This document shows, one piece after another, positions 48,668 to 59,412 of a DNA stretch of 64,000 bases. Numbering within the stretch: the first letter of the stretch is position 1; each line of letters opens with the position of its first letter. The notes under the pieces are model-generated. The model did not search any database. It saw only the letters and a program-made list of their open reading frames with translations, and was not told where the DNA came from. A program made the translations under genes and the position numbers. Source of the DNA: Escherichia coli (lineage in GTDB: Bacteria > Pseudomonadota > Gammaproteobacteria > Enterobacterales > Enterobacteriaceae); assembly GCF_044324875.1 (NCBI RefSeq), contig NZ_CP172185.1; one strand, 5' to 3'.

Positions 48668-48705
48668 AAATGATAAAGGCTTTAATAATGATTATCATTT
48701 ATATT
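48668..48705. promoter_or_regulatory. Fur box in the divergent entC/fepB control region
   Basis: AATAATGATTATCATT closely matches the Fur consensus GATAATGATAATCATTATC. Confidence 0.75.
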
Positions 48706-48842
48706 TTCGGTCGCTAACCTAAAAGCAAACGCGCACTATGTCAACTCTTGAGGTAACGCAATCTGCAACTCGGGGTTGCATCTGCTTGTGGTTACAATGA
48801 AAATGAGAAGCATTAACTTCATTAATAACAGGAAGCTGATTT

Positions 48843-49799
48843 GTGAGACTCGCCCCGCTCTACCGCAACGCCCTTCTATTAACAGGACTTTTGCTTTCAG
48901 GAATAGCCGCAGTTCAGGCCGCCGACTGGCCGCGTCAGATTACTGACAGCCGTGGCACTCATACCCTGGAAAGCCAGCCGCAGCGTATTGTTTCCACAAG
49001 CGTCACCCTGACCGGCTCACTGCTGGCGATTGATGCTCCGGTGATTGCCAGCGGCGCGACCACGCCAAATAACCGCGTCGCGGATGACCAGGGCTTTTTA
49101 CGCCAGTGGAGCAAGGTAGCGAAAGAACGCAAATTGCAACGACTCTATATCGGTGAACCAAGTGCCGAAGCAGTTGCCGCGCAAATGCCGGATCTGATTT
49201 TAATTAGCGCAACCGGCGGTGATTCGGCGCTGGCGCTGTACGATCAGCTTTCCACCATCGCCCCGACATTAATCATCAATTACGACGACAAAAGCTGGCA
49301 GTCGCTGTTAACGCAACTTGGCGAAATTACCGGGCATGAGAAACAAGCGGCAGAGCGGATTGCGCAGTTTGATAAGCAACTGGCGGCGGCGAAAGAGCAA
49401 ATCAAATTACCGCCGCAGCCGGTCACTGCCATTGTCTATACCGCCGCTGCACACAGTGCCAATCTCTGGACGCCTGAATCAGCACAAGGGCAGATGCTGG
49501 AACAACTCGGCTTTACGCTGGCGAAGTTGCCCGCAGGGTTAAACGCCAGCCAAAGCCAGGGCAAACGCCATGACATCATTCAGCTTGGTGGGGAAAATCT
49601 GGCTGCAGGGTTAAATGGTGAGTCACTATTCCTGTTCGCCGGTGATCAGAAAGACGCCGATGCTATTTATGCTAATCCGCTGCTCGCGCACCTGCCTGCA
49701 GTACAAAACAAGCAGGTTTATGCGCTGGGAACCGAGACGTTCCGACTGGATTACTACAGCGCCATGCAAGTGCTGGAACGACTTAAGGCGCTGTTTTAA
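48843..49799 (+). CDS. fepB: ferrienterobactin periplasmic binding protein
   Basis: 318 aa, GTG start; signal peptide; long structured leader upstream. Confidence 0.9.
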   Translation: MRLAPLYRNALLLTGLLLSGIAAVQAADWPRQITDSRGTHTLESQPQRIVSTSVTLTGSLLAIDAPVIASGATTPNNRVADDQGFLRQWSKVAKERKLQRLYIGEPSAEAVAAQMPDLILISATGGDSALALYDQLSTIAPTLIINYDDKSWQSLLTQLGEITGHEKQAAERIAQFDKQLAAAKEQIKLPPQPVTAIVYTAAAHSANLWTPESAQGQMLEQLGFTLAKLPAGLNASQSQGKRHDIIQLGGENLAAGLNGESLFLFAGDQKDADAIYANPLLAHLPAVQNKQVYALGTETFRLDYYSAMQVLERLKALF

Positions 49800-49802
49800 G
49801 CA

Positions 49803-51053
49803 TTAACTGTCGGACGCTGTCATCTGCGGCGGCGTCTGGCGAAAACGTCGCAACTCCACCAGCACCAGCAATAACAACACGCCGATAATCAACAAACCAA
49901 AACCGCTCGCGCTTGCGGAAGCAACCGGTGTCATCATCGCTCCCAAACCGCCCAGCAGCGCCGCGCCTATGGCATCGCCCGTCACGTTTTGCGCCGTCCA
50001 CAAACCGTTAATCCGCCCTAACATCGCTTCCGGGGTTTGTGTTTGCAGCATTGTGTATTGCAGCAACGAACTAACCGCGCTCAGCCAGCCGAACAGCGCC
50101 AGACAAACCACGCCTAAAATCCACATCGGCATCAGGCCAAACAGACCAATGGCGAGGAACGATCCCAGCGTGGAGAGCAGCATCAACAACCCTGGTCGCG
50201 CACTATGTGCCAGCTTCCCGCTGGTTAACGCGCCAATAGCCGCGCCGAGCGGGATCGCCGCATAGAGAAAACCAATCTGTGCCGCCGACATCTGCCAGTT
50301 GTCAGCCAGCGCCGGATACAGTACCCGCACCGCGCTCGCCATCGTCAATAAACCACCCAGCAGCGCAATCCCTCCCACCAGCGGGCTGGCGAGCAGAAAA
50401 CGAAATCCTGCCAGTAATGATTTCAACGGATGCTCACGCGGCTGCGGTGGCGGTGGCAACGCCGGAAGGCTTAACAACGGTAGCAAGGTAATAAACGTGC
50501 CCGCCGCCGCCAGCCCGTAGTTCCAGGCTACGCCGCCGGTCGCCAGCAATAAACCGCCAATCATAGGCGAAATCACCGACCCCAGGCGCACGGTCAACAT
50601 GGTGATCGCCCCGGCCTGCATTAAGTTTTCACGCCCTACCAGTGCAGGCGTCGCCGCCAGTAGCGCCGTAACGCCAAGTGATGCGAAAAAACCATCCCAT
50701 AAACCAAGTAAATAGATTGCCAGCAATGACGGCTCCGGCAGCAGTGCATTAAGGCACAGTCCAATGAAGCCAATGCCACAGGTGCCGCGCGCCAGCAAAA
50801 TCACTTTTTTGCGCTCATAGCGATCCGCCAGCACACCGCCGACCATCAGGCCAACAAACATCGCGCCGCCGGTCAGCGTCACCGAAAGCCCCACCTGCCA
50901 GGTAGAATGCGTCATCATCTGGATCTGCACGGGCACCGCGACGCCGAGCAAACCCAGAGACACAATTGAGATAAAACGAGCGAGGAATACTGCACGAAAC
51001 GCCGGGTGCGTTTTCAACAGGCTGAGGTTAAGCAGCCAGGATTGTTTATTCAT
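49803..51053 (-). CDS. entS: enterobactin exporter (MFS)
   Basis: 416 aa, 12-TM MFS profile. Confidence 0.9.
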   Translation of the reverse strand: MNKQSWLLNLSLLKTHPAFRAVFLARFISIVSLGLLGVAVPVQIQMMTHSTWQVGLSVTLTGGAMFVGLMVGGVLADRYERKKVILLARGTCGIGFIGLCLNALLPEPSLLAIYLLGLWDGFFASLGVTALLAATPALVGRENLMQAGAITMLTVRLGSVISPMIGGLLLATGGVAWNYGLAAAGTFITLLPLLSLPALPPPPQPREHPLKSLLAGFRFLLASPLVGGIALLGGLLTMASAVRVLYPALADNWQMSAAQIGFLYAAIPLGAAIGALTSGKLAHSARPGLLMLLSTLGSFLAIGLFGLMPMWILGVVCLALFGWLSAVSSLLQYTMLQTQTPEAMLGRINGLWTAQNVTGDAIGAALLGGLGAMMTPVASASASGFGLLIIGVLLLLVLVELRRFRQTPPQMTASDS

Positions 51054-51126
51054 TACAATGCCTTGCCATCAAATATTTTAAATACCTATTCTTAGGCTGC
51101 ACATGCTAACATATCCAAATAAGATC

Positions 51127-51153
51127 GATAACGATAATTAATTTAATTATCAT
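51127..51153. promoter_or_regulatory. Fur box in the divergent entS/fepD control region
   Basis: GATAACGATAATTAATTTAATTATCAT, iron-box-like dyad between divergent starts. Confidence 0.6.
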
Positions 51154-51163
51154 GGAAGTTCGT

Positions 51164-52168
51164 ATGTCTGGTTCTATTGCCGTGACACGCGCCATTGCCG
51201 TGCCCGGATTGCTGTTATTACTGATTATCGCGACGGCATTAAGCCTGCTCATTGGGGCAAAATCACTCCCCGCTTCCGTAGTGCTGGAGGCCCTCTCCGG
51301 CACCTGCCAGAGCGCCGACTGCACCATCGTGCTCGACGCGCGACTGCCGCGCACCCTTGCCGGTTTACTGGCAGGCGGTGCGCTTGGCCTTGCCGGGGCG
51401 TTGATGCAAACCCTCACCCGAAACCCACTTGCCGACCCCGGCTTGCTTGGCGTGAACGCCGGAGCCAGCTTTGCCATTGTGCTGGGTGCGGCGCTGTTTG
51501 GTTACTCATCCGCGCAGGAACAACTGGCGATGGCCTTCGCCGGGGCGCTGGTGGCCTCATTGATTGTTGCCTTTACCGGCAGCCAGGGCGGCGGGCAGTT
51601 AAGTCCGGTGCGTTTAACCCTGGCGGGCGTGGCGCTGGCGGCGGTGCTGGAAGGGCTGACCAGCGGCATCGCCCTGCTTAATCCTGACGTCTACGATCAG
51701 TTGCGTTTCTGGCAAGCCGGTTCGCTGGATATTCGTAATCTATATACCTTAAAAGTTGTGCTGATCCCGGTGCTGATCGCCGGAGCAACCGCGCTATTAC
51801 TGAGCCGCGCGCTGAACAGTTTAAGCCTCGGCAGTGACACCGCGACGGCGCTAGGCAGTCGCGTGGCGCGCACACAGTTGATTGGTCTGCTGGCGATTAC
51901 CGTGCTTTGCGGTAGTGCAACGGCGGTAGTTGGCCCGATTGCCTTTATTGGCCTGATGATGCCGCATATGGCGCGTTGGCTGGTAGGTGCCGATCATCGC
52001 TGGTCGCTGCCCGTCACGCTACTTGCTACCCCTGCCCTGCTGCTGTTTGCCGATATCATCGGGCGTGTGATTGTGCCCGGCGAACTGCGCGTTTCTGTAG
52101 TCAGTGCCTTTATTGGCGCACCGGTGCTGATCTTCCTCGTGCGACGTAAAACGCGAGGTGGCGCATGA
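51164..52168 (+). CDS. fepD: ferrienterobactin ABC transporter permease FepD
   Basis: ORF 51152..52168; start set at the ATG preceded by GGAAG (334 aa); the upstream ATG at 51152 lies inside the Fur box; FecCD-family permease. Confidence 0.85.
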   Translation: MSGSIAVTRAIAVPGLLLLLIIATALSLLIGAKSLPASVVLEALSGTCQSADCTIVLDARLPRTLAGLLAGGALGLAGALMQTLTRNPLADPGLLGVNAGASFAIVLGAALFGYSSAQEQLAMAFAGALVASLIVAFTGSQGGGQLSPVRLTLAGVALAAVLEGLTSGIALLNPDVYDQLRFWQAGSLDIRNLYTLKVVLIPVLIAGATALLLSRALNSLSLGSDTATALGSRVARTQLIGLLAITVLCGSATAVVGPIAFIGLMMPHMARWLVGADHRWSLPVTLLATPALLLFADIIGRVIVPGELRVSVVSAFIGAPVLIFLVRRKTRGGA

Positions 52169-53157
52169 TTTACGTCTCTCGCCGATTAATCATCACCTGT
52201 TTGCTGCTAATTACCGCCTGTGTGGTTGCAGGTATCTGGGGATTACGCAGCGGTACCGTCGCGCTGGAAACCTCGCAGATATTCGCCGCGCTGATGGGCG
52301 ATGCGCCGCGCAGTATGACGATGGTGGTCACTGAATGGCGTTTACCACGCGTGCTGATGGCGCTGTTGATTGGTGCGGCACTGGGCGTCAGCGGCGCGAT
52401 TTTTCAGTCGCTGATGCGTAACCCGCTCGGCAGCCCTGACGTAATGGGCTTTAACACCGGGGCGTGGAGCGGCGTGCTGGTGGCGATGGTGCTGTTTGGT
52501 CAGGACCTGACGGCTATCGCCCTGGCAGCAATGGCGGGGGGCATTATCACTTCGCTGTTGGTCTGGCTGCTTGCCTGGCGTAACGGCATCGACACCTTTC
52601 GGTTGATTATTATCGGCATCGGCGTTCGCGCCATGCTGGTGGCCTTTAATACCTGGCTGTTGCTGAAAGCGTCTTTAGAAACGGCGCTAACAGCGGGTTT
52701 ATGGAATGCCGGATCGCTCAACGGCCTGACGTGGGCAAAAACCTCGCCTTCCGCACCCATCATTATATTGATGCTCATTGCCGCCGCCTTGCTGGTGCGG
52801 CGAATGCGCTTGCTGGAAATGGGCGATGATACCGCGTGTGCGCTGGGCGTCAGCGTCGAACGTTCGCGGCTGTTAATGATGCTGGTCGCCGTAGTGCTTA
52901 CCGCAGCCGCCACTGCGCTGGCGGGGCCGATTTCCTTTATTGCTTTAGTCGCGCCACACATTGCCCGCCGCATTAGCGGCACCGCTCGCTGGGGGCTGAC
53001 CCAGGCGGCGCTGTGCGGAGCGCTGTTACTGCTGGCGGCCGATCTCTGCGCCCAACAACTGTTTATGCCGTATCAACTTCCGGTTGGCGTCGTTACCGTC
53101 AGCCTCGGCGGTATTTACCTTATCGTCTTGTTAATTCAGGAGTCTCGCAAAAAATGA
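52165..53157 (+). CDS. fepG: ferrienterobactin ABC transporter permease FepG
   Basis: 330 aa; ATGA overlap with fepD. Confidence 0.9.
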   Translation: MIYVSRRLIITCLLLITACVVAGIWGLRSGTVALETSQIFAALMGDAPRSMTMVVTEWRLPRVLMALLIGAALGVSGAIFQSLMRNPLGSPDVMGFNTGAWSGVLVAMVLFGQDLTAIALAAMAGGIITSLLVWLLAWRNGIDTFRLIIIGIGVRAMLVAFNTWLLLKASLETALTAGLWNAGSLNGLTWAKTSPSAPIIILMLIAAALLVRRMRLLEMGDDTACALGVSVERSRLLMMLVAVVLTAAATALAGPISFIALVAPHIARRISGTARWGLTQAALCGALLLLAADLCAQQLFMPYQLPVGVVTVSLGGIYLIVLLIQESRKK

Positions 53158-53969
53158 CCGAATCAGTAGCCCGTTTGCGTGGCGAACAGTTAACCCTCGG
53201 ATATGGCAAATATACCGTTGCGGAAAATCTGACTGTAGAAATTCCTGATGGTCACTTCACGGCAATTATCGGGCCAAATGGCTGCGGTAAATCCACGTTA
53301 TTGCGTACCTTAAGCCGCCTGATGACGCCTGCTCACGGGCATGTCTGGCTGGATGGTGAGCACATTCAACATTACGCCAGTAAAGAGGTTGCACGCCGGA
53401 TTGGCCTGTTGGCGCAAAACGCCACCACGCCGGGAGATATCACCGTGCAGGAGCTGGTGGCGCGTGGGCGTTACCCGCATCAACCGCTGTTTACCCGCTG
53501 GCGCAAAGAAGATGAAGAAGCGGTAACGAAAGCGATGCAGGCCACGGGAATCACCCATCTGGCAGATCAAAGCGTGGATACCCTTTCTGGCGGACAACGC
53601 CAGCGAGCGTGGATCGCGATGGTGCTGGCCCAGGAAACGGCAATTATGCTGCTCGATGAACCAACGACCTGGCTGGATATCAGTCATCAGATTGATCTAC
53701 TGGAACTGCTAAGCGAACTGAACCGCGAGAAAGGCTATACCCTGGCGGCAGTGCTGCACGATCTTAATCAGGCCTGTCGTTACGCCAGCCATTTGATTGC
53801 ATTGCGGGAAGGGAAAATTGTTGCTCAGGGAGCGCCGAAGGAGATTGTCACTGCTGAATTGATCGAGCGCATTTATGGTCTGCGCTGCATGATTATTGAC
53901 GATCCGGTAGCCGGAACGCCGCTCGTGGTGCCGCTCGGACGAACGGCACCTTCAACTGCCAAGATTTAA
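53154..53969 (+). CDS. fepC: ferrienterobactin ABC transporter ATPase FepC
   Basis: ORF 53013..53969 trimmed to MTESVARLRG start (271 aa); Walker A GPNGCGKST, signature LSGGQRQR, Walker B LLDEP. Confidence 0.93.
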   Translation: MTESVARLRGEQLTLGYGKYTVAENLTVEIPDGHFTAIIGPNGCGKSTLLRTLSRLMTPAHGHVWLDGEHIQHYASKEVARRIGLLAQNATTPGDITVQELVARGRYPHQPLFTRWRKEDEEAVTKAMQATGITHLADQSVDTLSGGQRQRAWIAMVLAQETAIMLLDEPTTWLDISHQIDLLELLSELNREKGYTLAAVLHDLNQACRYASHLIALREGKIVAQGAPKEIVTAELIERIYGLRCMIIDDPVAGTPLVVPLGRTAPSTAKI

Positions 53970-55099
53970 ACTAAGTGCTCTTCCATCACGGCATCCTGTT
54001 TTCTGGATGCCATCGCATGGCGCAACAGCACGCCACCACAAGCCACCATCCCGCCGATCATCGCAGAAAGGATCACAATAATCGCCTTACCCGGACCGTC
54101 TTTTTTCACTGGCAATGACGGGCTTAACTGATATTTAAACGGCGTAAAATTCACATCGTTGATATTTGTTTTTGTTAGCTGCTCAACAAGATACTGACGA
54201 TTACGTAATTCACCGTTCAGTTCCGCAACGTCAGTAACCGCTTTTTCAATTTCCAGTTTGCGTTCAATACCGTCTGCGCCGAGAGAAATAGAGAAATCGG
54301 GGTCATCTTTAACGGCCTGACCATTACTGTAAACGGGCTTTTTAATTCCTGCCGCGTTAGCAATGTCGAGTGAATAATTGAGGCGCTGAATGTTTGCATC
54401 AAGTTGATTTTTCGTTTTAATGCGATCCTGAGCCAGTTTTTCTTTTTCAAACTGGGTTTTGATCTCCAGTTTATTACGGACGTTTTCTATCGACTCTTTC
54501 ACCACCAACGCAGAGATATAATCGATATACCCGCTCAAAACGGTCTGCGCCTCTTCGCTGGTTGGCGCGGTAAAACTTAGCGTCCAGGAGGTATACAGTG
54601 ACGGTTCATCTTTTTTCTTACTGGCATTGTCATCAACCGCTTTCATTTTTTCGCTCAATGCGACAATTGCGCGATGCAAATCCAGTTCGTCGATTTTCGC
54701 CTCTTTTAATTGGTCCATCACATAAGGTGTTGAGCGCAGGTACTCTTCCAGCAAGCTAACCGACTGAAACTTCTTGATAAACAGGTTAAATGCTTCTGTA
54801 CGATCAATTTTGATATCCAGATCCAGCACACGAAGCTTAGTGAATGTTTTCTCAAGCGCCTGCCACTGAACAGGTTCTGGAGGCGTGACAACCGCCGCGC
54901 TGGTCCATTTTTGCGACAGGATGAAAGAGATCAGTAAACCTGCGCAGGCAAACGCAAAAACGACCGCCATGACCGTTTTTTTGGCCCGCCATAAAACTCC
55001 AATTAGATTAAGTAAATCAATTTCATTATTACTGGGCGACGCCAGAGGATACTCAGGAAAATGAGCGTCACTTCCCTGTTTAATATTCAGTGATGACAT
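53966..55099 (-). CDS. fepE: polysaccharide co-polymerase (Wzz-like) FepE
   Basis: ORF trimmed to MSSLNIKQGS start (377 aa); N- and C-terminal TM segments flanking a coiled-coil periplasmic domain; 3' end overlaps fepC 3' end by 4 nt. Confidence 0.88.
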   Translation of the reverse strand: MSSLNIKQGSDAHFPEYPLASPSNNEIDLLNLIGVLWRAKKTVMAVVFAFACAGLLISFILSQKWTSAAVVTPPEPVQWQALEKTFTKLRVLDLDIKIDRTEAFNLFIKKFQSVSLLEEYLRSTPYVMDQLKEAKIDELDLHRAIVALSEKMKAVDDNASKKKDEPSLYTSWTLSFTAPTSEEAQTVLSGYIDYISALVVKESIENVRNKLEIKTQFEKEKLAQDRIKTKNQLDANIQRLNYSLDIANAAGIKKPVYSNGQAVKDDPDFSISLGADGIERKLEIEKAVTDVAELNGELRNRQYLVEQLTKTNINDVNFTPFKYQLSPSLPVKKDGPGKAIIVILSAMIGGMVACGGVLLRHAMASRKQDAVMEEHLV

Positions 55100-55265
55100 G
55101 GGGTATAACCTGAAAATGAGTCCAATAGGGGAAATCTCCACGGCGCTCACTTTACCAGTTGGTGAGAATTATCCGAAGCTGAAGTTTGTAAATTCCTTCC
55201 ACTGAATGCAACATTCACTCTATTTAAGAGAAATATCCACCAAACTTATAAATTAAATAAATGAT

Positions 55266-55298
55266 AAACCCATAATTATTTCCTGTAATTATGGGTTT
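55266..55298 (-). other. 13-bp-stem hairpin in the entF-fepE spacer (candidate intra-operon attenuator)
   Basis: AAACCCATAATTA-TTTCCTG-TAATTATGGGTTT, perfect inverted repeat downstream of the entF stop. Confidence 0.4.
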
Positions 55299-55313
55299 AT
55301 AGATAATATTAAT

Positions 55314-58300
55314 TTACCTGTTTAGCGTAGCGCGAATAATCGGCCCAATTTTTTCAAACGCCCCTGGAGAGATAATATCCACATGCGCACAATCCTGACG
55401 ATAGATATCCAGCTCCGCAATCCACGGCGACCAGGCGCGTTCGGGATTCATACCTTCCTGAAGCGTGCGTTCAGCAACAAACAGCGTCGCTTTACCGTCA
55501 AACGGTACACTATGAGCAGTCGTCAGCAGGCGCACAGCATCAGCGTAGTTGCCTTCAATGGTGGTAAACAACTCCGTTGAAGTACTTCCCTGCTGTGCCG
55601 CCAGGAAGGCCTCGCGCTCGCGGTTAATCTCCGCCAGCACTTCCGGGTCCAGGCCATTAGCCTCTTTTTCCTGCCAGTTTTGCGTTTCTGGCGGCCAGGT
55701 ATCCAGCAAGCCAAGAAATGCCACCTGTTCGCCACGGGCACGCAGCCGCGCCGCAATACCCTGCGCCAGCGTACCGCCCAGCGAATAACCCAGCAGGTAA
55801 TAAGGGCCGTGCGGTTGATGCTCAAGTAACGTTGCCAGATGCGCTTCGCAGACTTCATCCAGATTTGCCGCGGTCTGCATGGGGCCATTGGGGCGCGGCG
55901 ACTGAATGCCGATAATCGACCATTGTGGATCGAGATAACGCGAGAGCACGCTGAACTGCCAGGCAAAACCGGACGCAGGATGGAAACAAAACAGCGTCGG
56001 GCCATTACCTTCACGCAACGGCAGAATGGTTTCGAATCCCATGCGCCGGGAGCTGTCCTCTTCACCATCAATAATCGTTGCCAGTTTGGCGACGGTTGAT
56101 GCGACCATCACCTGCCCCGGCGTCACCTGACGGGCAAAGTGTCGACTTAACTGCGCTGCCAGTTTCATTGCCAGTAGCGAATGACCGCCAAGCGCGAAGA
56201 AATCAGCATCGGCATCCTGCACGTCACAACCCAGCAACGACGAGAATGCCGCGGCGATAATCGTTTCACTGCCCGCTTTCGGCGCACGCCCCGGCGCTTG
56301 TGCCTTCAGTTCAGGCAACGGTAAGGCTTTGCGATCCAGCTTGCCGTTGGCGCTAAGCGGCAACTGCGGAAGTTGCAGCAGAACCACGGGCACCATATGC
56401 GGTGGCAATGTTTCGCGCAACTGCGCCTGCAATGCAGTGGTATCCAGCGGCAGGCCTGATTGCGACACAAGATACCCAACCAACTGACGCGCATCGCCTC
56501 CCGTTGCGGCAGCCTGGTTAATGACGCAGGCGTGGGTAACGGCCTGTTCGACATCCGGCAGTGCCTGCATCACGCGATCGATTTCGCCCAGTTCGATACG
56601 CTGCCCGCGAATTTTTAGCTGATCGTCACTGCGCCCGAGGTACTCCACCGCGCCGTTATCCAGCCAGCGGGCAACGTCTCCGGTACGGTACATCCGTTCA
56701 CCTGGGGCAAAAGGATCGGCAATAAAGCGGCTGGCTGTCAGATCGGGTCGTCCAAGATACCCCTGCGCCAGTTGAATACCGGTGAGATAGAGATCTCCCG
56801 CCACACCTGGCGGCACCGGATGCATCATCGCATCAAGAATACGCAGGCCCGTATTCCACACCGGATAACCAATCGGCACACTGCTGCCGCGCACCTGTGC
56901 CAGTTCCTCGCCAAAAGCCGGATACCAGCTGACATCTACCGCCGCTTCCGTCGGGCCATATAGATTATGCAACGGCACGCTGGTTAACTGTTGCCATTCG
57001 CGGCATAAATCAGCGGGTAAGGCCTCACCACTACAGAAAACCTGTTTCAACGTCGCGCAATTCTGGCGAGCGGTTTGCGGAGTCAGCGATGCAACAAAAG
57101 CTGCCAGCATCGACGGCACAAAGTGCGTGGTCGTTACGCCATATTCGGCAAAGAATTGCTGCATAGCGAGCGGGTCGCGGTGCGCTTCCGGTTCAGCCAT
57201 CACCAGTTTAGCCCCGGCAATAAACGGCCAGAAAAACTCCCACACCGAGACATCAAAACTGCACGGCGTTTTTTGGGCAACGACATCTTCGCCTGTAAGC
57301 GGGTAGTGGTTTTGCATCCAAAGCAGGCGGTTAACGATAGCCGTCTGCCCGACCATTACCCCTTTCGGCCTGCCGGTGGAGCCAGAGGTAAAGATGATAT
57401 AAGCCGTGTGGTGCGGTTGTGAAAGTTTCAGCGGCGCACTGCCCTGCGGTGTAAGCGGGGCGTTATAGCAAAGGCTGGTTAAATCTGGAACATCGGCAAA
57501 GCGCGGCAGTTGATCGTCGGTGGTGATTAACAGCGACGGACGCGCATCTTCCAGCATCATTTTCAGGCGATCGTCCGGATAGCCGGTATCCAGCGGTAAC
57601 CAGGCCGCACCAGCCTCAACAATTGCATGTAGCGCCAGAGTCAAAAAGACCGAGCGCGGTAGCGCCACCGCCACGCTGTCGCCTGGTTTAACGCCGCGCT
57701 CACGCAGCAGATTCGCCAGCGCCACCACCTGCTCGCGCATTTCCCGATAGCTAAACTGGTAACTCGCATCAACCAGCGCCGGAGCATGCGGTGTTTTTGC
57801 CGCCTGTTCCGCCACCAGCGCGCTCAGCGTGGTTTCTGGAATCTCAACCTGAGTGGCGTTGATCTGCGCCAGCTGCACATATTCACCTGGCAGCATAATA
57901 TCGACATCGCCGCACAACAGCGCCGGATCCGCGGCGAACTGGGCAATCAGCATTTTCAGGCGTTCAGCGTGTTGAATTAACGTTGGCTCATCGTAACGCT
58001 GTTTATTGGCGAGGATCTCAATACTCAAATCACCGTGTTCATCCGGGAACAGTGCCAGTTCAAGGTCATTAACCGGACCGGTTGCCAGGGTATGGGTTTG
58101 CGCCTGAACACCAGGAATATCCAGTTGGTAATCAAATACCTTGATATTGAGTACCGGACCAAACAGCGGTTCATCACCTGCCGCTCGCCCGCTGTCACGG
58201 ACAATTTGTTCGGCATCGTAACGTTGATGACGACGCATTTTTTTCAGTTGTGCTGCCAGTCGGGTTGCCAGTTGCGGCAGCGTTTCTTGCGCCTCAATAT

Positions 58301-59195
58301 GAATACCCAACGGCAAAACGTTGAGCACGGGTCCGGTAGCCGTCAGCGCCGCCGAGCCCAGTCGACGCATAAAGATAAATCCGGCGGCGTAGTCCATGCG
58401 ATTGCACAATCGCCCCAGCCATAAGGCCACCAGCGCAAGGGCTAAATCGGTACGCTGCACACCTGAAAGTTGCGTAGCCAGCTGGCGGAATTCCCCGTCA
58501 GTAAATTCCAGTTTCAGGCGAAGAATATCTGCCGAAGCGCTGCGCCCCGGTAAAGGTGCCGGAGAAAGTGACGCGGGCGGCGGCAATTGACGACGCTGTT
58601 CCGCCCAGAATGCCGCATCACGCTGCCAGGCTTCGCTTTCGCGGTATTGCTGGTACTCTTCCACTACATCAGCGAAAGGCGTAAACGGCGAAGCAGGCGT
58701 TGGTTCGCCACGCAGCCATGCGCAGTAAATATTGGCGATCTGGCGGGTAATGGCCGGGAAACTGAAGCCATCGACCAGCAAATGGTGATAACGCTGATAC
58801 CAGTACCAGCGGTTATCCGCCACCTGTATCAACTGATGAAAGACCAGTGGTTTACCGCTATCGACGCGCAAATCTTGTTGCAAATCCGCCTGCATTAATG
58901 CCCGCGCAGTACCGTGCGGATCAATGTTGGTTCGCAGGTCGATAATTTCTGGCAATTCGAACGTCTGCGCATCATCGACCCACTGCCAGACTTCGCCGTT
59001 ATCTTCCGTAAAACGCATCCGCAGCGTATCTGCTTGCGCTAATCCGGCAACCACCGCGCGGGCCAGTAATGGCGCATCAACCTCTCCGGTTAACTCAACG
59101 TAATGCGCCACGCTCCAGGCGGAGGGTAAATCCGACAGTTTTTCTGCCATCCAGATGCCGGGCTGTGCGGCGACCAAAGGTAAATGCTGGCTCAT
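55314..59195 (-). CDS. entF: enterobactin synthase NRPS component F (C-A-PCP-TE)
   Basis: ORF trimmed to MSQHLPLVAAQPGIWMAEKL start (1293 aa); A-domain core FTSGSTGRPKG, PCP site LGGHSL, thioesterase GYSLGG. Confidence 0.95.
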   Translation of the reverse strand: MSQHLPLVAAQPGIWMAEKLSDLPSAWSVAHYVELTGEVDAPLLARAVVAGLAQADTLRMRFTEDNGEVWQWVDDAQTFELPEIIDLRTNIDPHGTARALMQADLQQDLRVDSGKPLVFHQLIQVADNRWYWYQRYHHLLVDGFSFPAITRQIANIYCAWLRGEPTPASPFTPFADVVEEYQQYRESEAWQRDAAFWAEQRRQLPPPASLSPAPLPGRSASADILRLKLEFTDGEFRQLATQLSGVQRTDLALALVALWLGRLCNRMDYAAGFIFMRRLGSAALTATGPVLNVLPLGIHIEAQETLPQLATRLAAQLKKMRRHQRYDAEQIVRDSGRAAGDEPLFGPVLNIKVFDYQLDIPGVQAQTHTLATGPVNDLELALFPDEHGDLSIEILANKQRYDEPTLIQHAERLKMLIAQFAADPALLCGDVDIMLPGEYVQLAQINATQVEIPETTLSALVAEQAAKTPHAPALVDASYQFSYREMREQVVALANLLRERGVKPGDSVAVALPRSVFLTLALHAIVEAGAAWLPLDTGYPDDRLKMMLEDARPSLLITTDDQLPRFADVPDLTSLCYNAPLTPQGSAPLKLSQPHHTAYIIFTSGSTGRPKGVMVGQTAIVNRLLWMQNHYPLTGEDVVAQKTPCSFDVSVWEFFWPFIAGAKLVMAEPEAHRDPLAMQQFFAEYGVTTTHFVPSMLAAFVASLTPQTARQNCATLKQVFCSGEALPADLCREWQQLTSVPLHNLYGPTEAAVDVSWYPAFGEELAQVRGSSVPIGYPVWNTGLRILDAMMHPVPPGVAGDLYLTGIQLAQGYLGRPDLTASRFIADPFAPGERMYRTGDVARWLDNGAVEYLGRSDDQLKIRGQRIELGEIDRVMQALPDVEQAVTHACVINQAAATGGDARQLVGYLVSQSGLPLDTTALQAQLRETLPPHMVPVVLLQLPQLPLSANGKLDRKALPLPELKAQAPGRAPKAGSETIIAAAFSSLLGCDVQDADADFFALGGHSLLAMKLAAQLSRHFARQVTPGQVMVASTVAKLATIIDGEEDSSRRMGFETILPLREGNGPTLFCFHPASGFAWQFSVLSRYLDPQWSIIGIQSPRPNGPMQTAANLDEVCEAHLATLLEHQPHGPYYLLGYSLGGTLAQGIAARLRARGEQVAFLGLLDTWPPETQNWQEKEANGLDPEVLAEINREREAFLAAQQGSTSTELFTTIEGNYADAVRLLTTAHSVPFDGKATLFVAERTLQEGMNPERAWSPWIAELDIYRQDCAHVDIISPGAFEKIGPIIRATLNR

Positions 59196-59410
59196 TGTGC
59201 CTCCTGCAACTGGGTGAAATTCGTCGGTGTCAGAGTACGCCAGTGGGCTTCCAGCCACTGCTGGCAGGACGCCTGTGACTGCGGCTGACACACAACGTCC
59301 CAGCCTGCCGGTAAGGCGCATTGTTGCGGCCACAGACTGAATTGCCCCTGCGCATTGCGCAAAATGTAAAACGCTCCCTGCGGATCATCGAAGGGATTAC
59401 TGAATGCCAT
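59192..59410 (-). CDS. ybdZ: MbtH-like protein YbdZ
   Basis: ORF trimmed to MAFSNPFDDP start (72 aa); conserved Trp residues of MbtH family; 4-nt overlap with entF start. Confidence 0.85.
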   Translation of the reverse strand: MAFSNPFDDPQGAFYILRNAQGQFSLWPQQCALPAGWDVVCQPQSQASCQQWLEAHWRTLTPTNFTQLQEAQ

Positions 59411-59412
59411 AT

